A stretch of DNA of 15,097 bases from Chthoniobacteraceae bacterium (GTDB lineage: Bacteria > Verrucomicrobiota > Verrucomicrobiia > Chthoniobacterales > Chthoniobacteraceae). The number at the start of each line of letters is the position of its first letter. The stretch's first letter is position 1. A program made the translations under genes and the position numbers. Of this stretch, positions 8,778 to 15,097 are shown one piece after another. The notes below the pieces were generated by a model. It saw only the letters and a program-made list of their open reading frames with translations, did not search any database and was not told the origin of the DNA. Location: positions 1 through 15,097 of the forward strand of contig JANNWY010000130.1 in NCBI GenBank assembly GCA_031409335.1. The letters are read 5' to 3'.

Positions 8778-8937
8778 TTGGAGGCCGCCTTCATGATTTT
8801 CTGTTTTGCCGGTTGGCCAAATACTTTGATCTGATCCTTGGACTTAGTATTCGATGGCGGGCAGGCAGGTGAGTGCATGAATCAGGTTTTTTGTGCTCTT
8901 CACTCTGCCCGAGTGGCGTTCCCTGCGCTCGCCGGGT

Positions 8938-8974
8938 GTTGGCGCTTGCCAACCCTTCCTTGCCCTTTTGGCAA
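8938..8974. terminator. Two short hairpins just downstream of arsC, between convergent genes
   Basis: GTTGGC-gctt-GCCAAC (8938-8953) and TTGCC-ctttt-GGCAA (8960-8974). There is no clear U-tract on the arsC strand. Confidence 0.3.
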
Positions 8975-8988
8975 AGTAGCTCGCTAGA

Positions 8989-9435
8989 TCACTGATATGC
9001 GCCGGCCACCTCGCACGTCTCGGCGCACCATGAATGAATCCTGGCTTTGATCAGGTCGCGCACGCGCCGCGCCTCGATGAGCTTCTCGTTATCAGTGCCG
9101 GTCGCCGCAGACGGGTCGGGAAAGCTCCAGCGAAGGCGCTTCGTCACGCCGGGAAAAATCGGGCAGCGTTCGGCGCTCACCTCGTCACAAACCGTAATGA
9201 CATAAGCGAACGCTTTGCCTGACCGCCACGTATCGAAGACGCTGCGGGTGGATCGATCGGAAATGTCGATGCCGACCTCAGCCATCGCTTCGATCACGTA
9301 AGGGTTTAGCGTCCCCGGCTCCAGACCTGCGCTGTGCGCCTCGAACATTTCGCCGCAGATCTCATTGAGCCACGCTTCGGCCATTTGGCTCCGGGCGCTG
9401 TTGTGGACGCACATGAAGAGAACTTTCTTTTTCAT
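8989..9435 (-). CDS. arsC: Arsenate reductase, LMW-PTP (thioredoxin-coupled type) family
   Basis: Start at ATG 9435, overlapping the arsR stop (ATGA). P-loop CVHNSARS (CX5R), SAGLEP, resolving Cys pair in [23 protein letters not shown]. Confidence 0.9.
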   Translation of the reverse strand: MKKKVLFMCVHNSARSQMAEAWLNEICGEMFEAHSAGLEPGTLNPYVIEAMAEVGIDISDRSTRSVFDTWRSGKAFAYVITVCDEVSAERCPIFPGVTKRLRWSFPDPSAATGTDNEKLIEARRVRDLIKARIHSWCAETCEVAGAYQ

Positions 9436-9836
9436 GCTCCGGCAGTGGATCGCTTTGGAGTGACGGCTTTTGATTTCGTTTTCGGTTGGCAGCACTCCGC
9501 CAGCGGCCCGGTGCAGTTCGCCAGCGCCTTGGTCATCCTCCGCAGATCGGCGGTGAAGACCACATTCTCGCGGCAGCAGTCCTGCAAACACTTCATGTTC
9601 GCAGTCAGTTCCGGCGAAGGTTTTGCTGGGAGCGAATAGACAATCCATGCGCCTTCGCGCCGCGTCTCCACCAGGGCGTGTTCACGGAGATATGCGAGGT
9701 GCTTGGAAATCTTCACCTGCGGCGCGCTGAGGATCTCCTGGAAGTGACAGACGCAGAGCGGACGATGGGACAGAAGGAGCAGGATGCGCAGCCGCGTCTC
9801 GTCGCAGAGGCACTTGTAAACTTCGATCAGTTTCAT
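9432..9836 (-). CDS. arsR: ArsR/SmtB family metalloregulatory repressor
   Basis: Start at ATG 9836. [13 protein letters not shown], alpha3 LCVCH box, [15 protein letters not shown], wing [11 protein letters not shown]. Coupled to arsC. Confidence 0.9.
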   Translation of the reverse strand: MKLIEVYKCLCDETRLRILLLLSHRPLCVCHFQEILSAPQVKISKHLAYLREHALVETRREGAWIVYSLPAKPSPELTANMKCLQDCCRENVVFTADLRRMTKALANCTGPLAECCQPKTKSKAVTPKRSTAGA

Positions 9837-9845
9837 ATTGCGAGC

Positions 9846-9879
9846 ATACACACTCACGGATATACGCAAAGAGGAATAT
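9846..9879. promoter_or_regulatory. Candidate tandem ArsR operators in the divergent arsR/gapdh intergenic region
   Basis: Two overlapping imperfect 18-bp palindromes: ATACACACTCACGGATAT (9846-9863) and ATACGCAAAGAGGAATAT (9862-9879). Confidence 0.5.
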
Positions 9880-9937
9880 CTCTGGGGCGGCAAACCCTGC
9901 GCCGATAATTCCTCAGCTCAAGAACTACCAACTCACT

Positions 9938-10945
9938 ATGGCAATACGCATCGGCATCAACGGCTTCGGACGCATGGGGCGGCTCGCTTTTCGCGCGGGC
10001 TGGGCCTGGCCGGAGATCGAGTTTGTTCACCTCAATGAAATCGGCGGCGACGGCGCGACCTCGGCGCATTTGCTCTACTTCGACTCCGTCCACGGACGCT
10101 GGAACCGCGAAGTGCGCGGCGAGGCGGACAAGCTGACCATCGACGGCAAGACGGTGAGCCATACGAGTCACAAGGATTTCTCCAACGTGCCTTGGGGTGA
10201 CCTCGGTGTGGACATCGTGCTGGAGTCGAGCGGCAAGTTTCGCACGCCGGAGCAGTTGGACGCTTACTTCAAGGCGGGCGTGAAGAAGGTCATCGTCGCC
10301 GCGCCCGTAAAGAAGGGCGCGTTGAACATCGTGATGGGTGTGAACGATCACCTCTACGAGCCGGACAAACATCATCTGCTCACGGCTGCGTCCTGCACCA
10401 CGAACTGTCTCGCGCCGGTGGTGAAGGTCATCCATGAGGGCATCGGCATCCGGCACGGAATGATCACGACGATCCACGACATGACGAACACGCAGTCGAT
10501 CCTCGACACGCCGCACAAGGATTTGCGCCGCGCGCGGGCGGGAAGCCTGTCGCTCATTCCCACGTCCACCGGCTCGGCCACCGCCATCGCACTCATCTTC
10601 CCCGAGTTGCAGGGCAAGCTCGACGGCGTGGCCGTGCGCGTGCCGCTGCTCAATGCGTCGCTCACCGATTGCGTCTTCGAGGTGAACCGCCCGACGACCA
10701 TCGAGGAGGTGAACACGCTGCTCAAGCAAGCCGCCGCTGGCCCGCTCGACGGCATCCTCGGTTACGAGGAGCGCCCGCTGGTATCCGTGGATTACAAAGA
10801 CGACCCGCGCTCCTCGATCATCGACGCCCCTTCCACGATGGTCACCAACGGCACGCAGGTGAAGATCCTCGCTTGGTATGACAACGAGTGGGGCTACGCG
10901 AACCGCTACGCCGAACTGGCGCGCAAAGTTGCGGGCTCGCTTTAA
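9938..10945 (+). CDS. ArsJ-associated glyceraldehyde-3-phosphate dehydrogenase
   Basis: [10 protein letters not shown], catalytic [21 protein letters not shown] and DLRRARA...[12 protein letters not shown] (typical of the ArsJ-linked clade), WYDNEWGY. Lies 9 bp upstream of arsJ. Confidence 0.93.
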   Translation: MAIRIGINGFGRMGRLAFRAGWAWPEIEFVHLNEIGGDGATSAHLLYFDSVHGRWNREVRGEADKLTIDGKTVSHTSHKDFSNVPWGDLGVDIVLESSGKFRTPEQLDAYFKAGVKKVIVAAPVKKGALNIVMGVNDHLYEPDKHHLLTAASCTTNCLAPVVKVIHEGIGIRHGMITTIHDMTNTQSILDTPHKDLRRARAGSLSLIPTSTGSATAIALIFPELQGKLDGVAVRVPLLNASLTDCVFEVNRPTTIEEVNTLLKQAAAGPLDGILGYEERPLVSVDYKDDPRSSIIDAPSTMVTNGTQVKILAWYDNEWGYANRYAELARKVAGSL

Positions 10946-10954
10946 TCCCGGCGC

Positions 10955-12229
10955 ATGAGTGTCGTAGGTGCTGAAACCGCCTCCAAGAAAGAGGGCGTGC
11001 GCAATTACGCCATCGTCACGCTGGCGTATTGGGCGGACACGCTCGCCGACGGTGCCACGCGCACGCTGGTCTTGTTCTACTTTTACCAACTCGGCTACTC
11101 GGCACTGCAAGTCGCGTCGCTGTTTCTGTTCTACGAGATTTTCGGCATCATCACGAACCTCTGCGGCGGCTACCTCGGTTCGCGCTTTGGATTGAAGAGC
11201 ACACTCTTCATGGGCCTCGGCACGCAGATCGTCGCGCTGAGCATGCTCGCGCTGCTGCCGCCGAGCGCCTTGACCGTGGCCTACGTGATGGCTTCTCAAG
11301 CCCTCTCCGGCATCGCCAAAGACCTCACGAAGATGAGCAGCAAGAGCGCGGTGAAGCTCGTCGCCGGCGATAGCCAGGGCAGACTCTATAAATGGGTCGC
11401 GTTGCTCACGGGCAGCAAGAACGCGCTCAAAGGCGTCGGCTTCTTCCTCGGCAGCCTAATGCTCTCGACGCTCGGCTTCCAGAAGTCGGTCTGGAGTCTC
11501 GCCGGCCTGGTCGCGTTCGCCTTGGTGCTCGCCGCGATCCTCATGAGGGGTGGCCTCGGCGCAGCCAACAAGAAGGCGAAGTTCAGTCACATGTTTTCCC
11601 GCAATCGCGCCGTGAACGTGCTGGCTGTCGCGCGGCTCTTCCTCTTCGGTGCGCGGGATGTTTGGTTCGTCGTGGCCGTGCCGGTGTTCCTTTCCTCCGT
11701 GCTCGGCTGGAAGTTCTGGCAGGCCGGCGGATTCATGGCGCTGTGGGTCATCGGCTACGGCGCCGTACAGGCATCCGCGCCCGCGCTCATCCGCCGCAAG
11801 ACCGCGGAAGGCCAGCACCAGCCGGACGGCCACTCCGCCACCTGGCTGGCCTTTATCCTCGCGCTATTTCCCGCCGCCATCGCCGCCGCGCTGTATTTCC
11901 AAGTCAACGCCACCATCGCCGTCGTCGTTGGCCTCATCCTCTTCGGCATCGTCTTCGCGCTGAACTCCGCCGTCCATTCCTACCTGATCCTCGCCTACAC
12001 CGACCACGACAAGGTCGCGATGAACGTCGGCATTTACTACATGGCCAACGCCTGCGGTCGTCTTGCCGGCACCATCCTCTCCGGCCTGCTGTATCAAATC
12101 GGCGTCTGCTCCGGCACCAACAGCGGGCTCATCTGGTGCCTGCTCGCCTCCACCGCCTTCGTCCTCGCCGCCGCCCTTCTGTCGCTCGGCCTGCCAGGTC
12201 GCAAAGCCGTGCAGCCCGCGATGGCATGA
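10955..12229 (+). CDS. arsJ: Organoarsenical efflux MFS transporter ArsJ
   Basis: YAIVTLAYW.DTL.DGA.R.LV, LFLFYEIFGIITNL.GG, QALSGIAKDLTKMSSKSAVK, VALLTGSKNALKGVGFFLG, ARLFLFGARDVWFVV, FALNSAVHSYLIL, VGIYYMANACGRL. Adjacent to gapdh. Confidence 0.93.
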   Translation: MSVVGAETASKKEGVRNYAIVTLAYWADTLADGATRTLVLFYFYQLGYSALQVASLFLFYEIFGIITNLCGGYLGSRFGLKSTLFMGLGTQIVALSMLALLPPSALTVAYVMASQALSGIAKDLTKMSSKSAVKLVAGDSQGRLYKWVALLTGSKNALKGVGFFLGSLMLSTLGFQKSVWSLAGLVAFALVLAAILMRGGLGAANKKAKFSHMFSRNRAVNVLAVARLFLFGARDVWFVVAVPVFLSSVLGWKFWQAGGFMALWVIGYGAVQASAPALIRRKTAEGQHQPDGHSATWLAFILALFPAAIAAALYFQVNATIAVVVGLILFGIVFALNSAVHSYLILAYTDHDKVAMNVGIYYMANACGRLAGTILSGLLYQIGVCSGTNSGLIWCLLASTAFVLAAALLSLGLPGRKAVQPAMA

Positions 12230-12307
12230 CGCGCTGATGGACACCAAGCGCCGCCGCGAGATGGTGGAGTTTCAACCCGCCGGCCATCGCGTCACCCGCG
12301 TGCCGAC

Positions 12308-13423
12308 CTATTCGTTCGTTAGGATCACTTTCAACGCGCGCTCCCTTCCGGCGTTACCAAAGGTGTCGTAGGCGTTGAGGATGTCATTGAGAGCGAAGTG
12401 ATGCGTGATCAACTGCTTCGGCTTGAGCCTGCCGACCATGACGGTTTTGAGGAGCATCGGCGTGGTCACCGCGTCCACCAGTCGCGTCGTAATGGTGATA
12501 CTTTGCGACCAGAGTTTTTCGAGGTGCAAGGTCACGCTCGTTCCATGCACGCCGATATTGGCGATGTGACCGCCGACGCCGATGATCTCCTGGCAAATGC
12601 CGAACGTAGCGGCCACGCCGACGGCTTCGATGGCGACATCCACTCCTCGGCCGGTGGTCAGGGCCATCACTTTCTCGACCGCCTTCCCATCCGTGCTGTT
12701 GATCACGTCGGTCGCACCCAACTCTTTGGCGACCTCAAGCCGGTTATCGTCGAGGTCGATGACGATGATTTTCGACGGGGCAAAGAATTGCGTCGTCAGC
12801 AGCGCCGAGAGGCCGATGGGGCCGGCACCAATGATCGCCACCATATCTCCCGGTTTGACGGCGCCGTTGAGCACGCCGCACTCGTAGCCGGTCGGGAGGA
12901 TGTCGCTGAGCATCACCATGGCGTCCTCGTCCGCGTCTTCGGGCATGGGATAAAGGGTCGAATCGGCGAAAGGAATGCGGACAAACTCGGCCTGCGTTCC
13001 GTCAATCGTGTTGCCCAAAATCCAGCCGCCCTGCTCGCAGTGCGCGGGCATGCTGCGCTTGCAATACTCACACCTGCCGCACGCCGTGATGCACGAGATC
13101 AGGACGCGCTCGCCCTTGCTATAGCGGCTGCAACTTCCGGCCTCCTCGATGATCCCGATTCCTTCATGGCCCAGGATGCGGCCCTCCTCGACGGTGGCCA
13201 GGTCGCCTTTGAGAATGTGCAAATCGGTCCCGCAGATGGTGGTCTTCGTGATCCGCACGATGGCGTCGGTGGCCGCTTGCATCGTGGGTTTCGGAACGTC
13301 TTCCCACTTCATCTTGCCCGGTCCGTGATAGACGAGGGCTTTCATGGTTTGAGCAGAAGCCGGGGCTGGCTTCGTCTGCGGGGTTTTGGTTCGAGTTGGG
13401 CGTTCGGTATCAGTGGTGGTCAT
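12308..13423 (-). CDS. Zinc-dependent alcohol dehydrogenase family protein (MDR, FDH-like)
   Basis: TICGTDLH, GHEG, structural Zn CGRCEYC...HC, SDILPTG, GAGPIG. Start 13423 has GAGGA upstream. An alternative start at 13345 gives MKALVYHGPG. Confidence 0.92.
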   Translation of the reverse strand: MTTTDTERPTRTKTPQTKPAPASAQTMKALVYHGPGKMKWEDVPKPTMQAATDAIVRITKTTICGTDLHILKGDLATVEEGRILGHEGIGIIEEAGSCSRYSKGERVLISCITACGRCEYCKRSMPAHCEQGGWILGNTIDGTQAEFVRIPFADSTLYPMPEDADEDAMVMLSDILPTGYECGVLNGAVKPGDMVAIIGAGPIGLSALLTTQFFAPSKIIVIDLDDNRLEVAKELGATDVINSTDGKAVEKVMALTTGRGVDVAIEAVGVAATFGICQEIIGVGGHIANIGVHGTSVTLHLEKLWSQSITITTRLVDAVTTPMLLKTVMVGRLKPKQLITHHFALNDILNAYDTFGNAGRERALKVILTNE

Positions 13424-13614
13424 ATAATCCTCGGAGAGATCCGAGGAATGCAGGTTTGCCCTCCATGAGTATCGAACTTCCAAGTGTATCGGCGCCCCTC
13501 ACTGATCCGGCCCTCACCATTCTCAGATTCTTTGCGAGAGCTTCGCCACCTGCGCTCCGCCGGCGGCTGAAGCATTCATGGCGAAGCGCTTCGATCCTGA
13601 CACATTGAAAATCT

Positions 13615-13974
13615 ATGAAGCCTTCGATCTTTTTCCTCCCCGCACTGTCCGCAGGTCTTTTGCTTTCCGCCTGTGAGAAGCTGCAAGTCGCGCCGGAGCC
13701 GCCGACTGCTGAATCGAAGCCCGCGGCGCCCGCAGTGGCAGGGGCACCGGTGAAGCTGGATGCCGATCAACTCCTGCAATCGTTCGGTTCAGCGGGGCCG
13801 GAGGAAAAGAGCCGCGTCGGCAAAGCCGCGCAGGCGATCCGCGCGGAAAACTACGGGGCCGCGCTCGAAACTCTCGAGCACCTCCTCGCACAGGGGCATC
13901 TAACTCCCGAGCAAAAGGAATTGGTCACGGGCTATGTCGCGCAGCTTCAGAAATTGAAGCAGCCGAATCGCTGA
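13615..13974 (+). CDS. Hypothetical small lipoprotein
   Basis: Signal peptide with lipobox LLLSA-C, Pro/Ala linker, helical C-terminal domain (AAQAIRAENYGAALETLEHLL...LTPEQKELV). Confidence 0.75.
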   Translation: MKPSIFFLPALSAGLLLSACEKLQVAPEPPTAESKPAAPAVAGAPVKLDADQLLQSFGSAGPEEKSRVGKAAQAIRAENYGAALETLEHLLAQGHLTPEQKELVTGYVAQLQKLKQPNR

Positions 13975-14070
13975 GCGACTGGCTCGGTATTGTTACCGGG
14001 CCATCATCAACGAGTTTACACGCCGCCTCGGGTAGCTACGTTCGCGCTACTTTGCCCCCTCTCTGGGATT

Positions 14071-14562
14071 ATGAAACCAGCATCCCTCCTCCCAATCCTT
14101 GCCCTCGCCTTTTGCAGCACCGCCGTGGCTCAGGAAAGCCAACCGACCGCCGCAGCGTCCAGCATGGCCTTGCATACTCCAGCCGAGATCAAATGGAAGG
14201 ATGGTCCCCCGTCGCTGCCTCCGGGCGCGAAGATCGCCGTCCTCGAAGGCGACCCGACCAAGGAGGGAATGTTCGTCATGCGCTTCCGGGTGCCGGACGG
14301 CTTCCACATCCCGGCCCACACGCATCCCAAGCCCGAGCGGGTGACGGTAATTTCCGGCATCTTCAAGCTGGCGATGGGCGACAACCCCAAGAAGGAGGAC
14401 GCCCGCGCTTTGCCCGCCGGGACTTATGGCTACTGGCCTCCGGGGATGGTGCATGCCGTCTGGATCGAGGGCGAAACGATCGTGCAGTTTCACGGCATGG
14501 GACCGTGGGTCATCAACTACGTGAACCCTGTCGACGATCCGCGGAACGCGAAGAAGCCGTAG
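14071..14562 (+). CDS. Exported cupin-domain protein (DUF4437-like)
   Basis: Start at ATG 14071 with Sec signal (...STAVA-Q). Cupin motif 1 PAHTHPKPERVTVISG and motif 2 PPGMVHAVW. Confidence 0.85.
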   Translation: MKPASLLPILALAFCSTAVAQESQPTAAASSMALHTPAEIKWKDGPPSLPPGAKIAVLEGDPTKEGMFVMRFRVPDGFHIPAHTHPKPERVTVISGIFKLAMGDNPKKEDARALPAGTYGYWPPGMVHAVWIEGETIVQFHGMGPWVINYVNPVDDPRNAKKP

Positions 14563-14589
14563 TGACGGTCCTTGCGAGAAGCATTGCGG

Positions 14590-14961
14590 ATGAACCCCAA
14601 GGAACATTGGGAAGCTGCTTACCAAAGTAGCGATCCCACGGACGTGAGCTGGTATCAGGTGCGTCCGCGCAACTCGCTCGAATTGATTGCCGCTACCCGA
14701 GCGGAGCTTGATGGTGGCATCCTCGATGTCGGCGGTGGTGCCTCGACGCTCGTCGATTGTCTATTGGAAGATGGCTACTCGAATCTTGCCGTGCTGGACG
14801 TGTCGGCCTCTGCGCTCGCTCACGCGCGGGAGCGCTTGGGACAGCGCGCGACAGACGTGCAATGGATCGAGGCGGATGTGACGACTTTTCGTGCGCCCAC
14901 CCGCTTCGCTGTCTGGCACGACCGCGCCGTGTTTCATTTCCTCACAGCCGCAGAAGACTGA
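14590..14961 (+). pseudogene. Class I SAM-dependent methyltransferase, truncated by an IS insertion
   Basis: KEHWEAAY...VSWYQ, motif I ILDVGGGAS, VLDVS, WIEADV, WHDRAVFHFLT, ending at 123 aa. The stop TGA (14959-14961) is supplied by the IS end. Confidence 0.85.
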
Positions 14962-15097
14962 GGTGGACCCCGAAAATCGGGCCAGAGGTTAAGCTATAAA
15001 ATGGCGGTGGGAGCGCGTGTAAAAACGCAGCATAAAACCACCGAAAATGAAGAGCAAACGCAAGCGGCATGAAGCCGCATTCAAAGCCCGGGTCGCC
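14959..15097 (+). mobile_element. IS3-family insertion sequence, left end (continues beyond the window)
   Basis: Begins 5'-TG (TGAGGTGGACCCCGAAAATCGGGCCA), resembling IS3-family terminal inverted repeats, and is followed by an orfA-like start. Confidence 0.8.
15047..15097 (+). CDS. IS3-family transposase OrfA N-terminus (partial)
   Basis: MKSKRKRHEAAFKARVA matches the typical R(K/R)x(Y/H)xxxFKxxVA start of HTH_Tnp_1 OrfA proteins. Confidence 0.8.
   Translation, partial: MKSKRKRHEAAFKARVA

Noticed and set aside
8480..8878. 132-aa minus-strand ORF in the spacer
   Set aside because: Overlaps the flavoprotein 3' end, crosses the palindromic element and has no recognisable motif.
9854..11299. 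481-aa ORF antisense to gapdh-arsJ, and similar antisense ORF 12398-13468
   Set aside because: Typical antisense open frames of strongly codon-biased genes.
12237..12371. Short ORF MDTKRRREMVEFQ... after arsJ as a remnant ars gene
   Set aside because: No recognisable similarity, and it overlaps the convergent dehydrogenase 3' end.
14590..14961. Methyltransferase as arsenite methyltransferase ArsM
   Set aside because: Lacks the ArsM Cys pattern and GCG motif. It belongs to a different class I MTase family (HWE..Y/VSWYQ/DRAVFHFL).

Overview
GC-rich bacterial DNA, probably Verrucomicrobiota (an inference from an Amuc_1099-like lipoprotein and the style of the ArsR N-terminus). The left part (about 1-8650) holds two translationally coupled sensor histidine kinases (a membrane CHASE8-like/HAMP kinase and a REC-PAS-HisKA-HATPase-REC hybrid), a long intergenic region with a hexamer repeat and hairpin, an Amuc_1099-like DxDGDG lipoprotein, a minus-strand holin-like (YvlD)-trpF-HAD hydrolase cluster and an HI0933/YhiN flavoprotein. 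The right part (about 8990-15097) looks accessory. It has a divergent arsenic module, arsC-arsR <-> gapdh-arsJ, with an unusually Cys-rich ArsR, a candidate tandem operator and no arsenite pump in the window. After that come a Zn-dependent alcohol dehydrogenase, a small lipoprotein, an exported cupin and a SAM methyltransferase cut short by an IS3-family element that runs off the window edge. Most parts belong to known families. The most notable items are the architecture of the ars module and the IS insertion; I cannot support a wholly new system.
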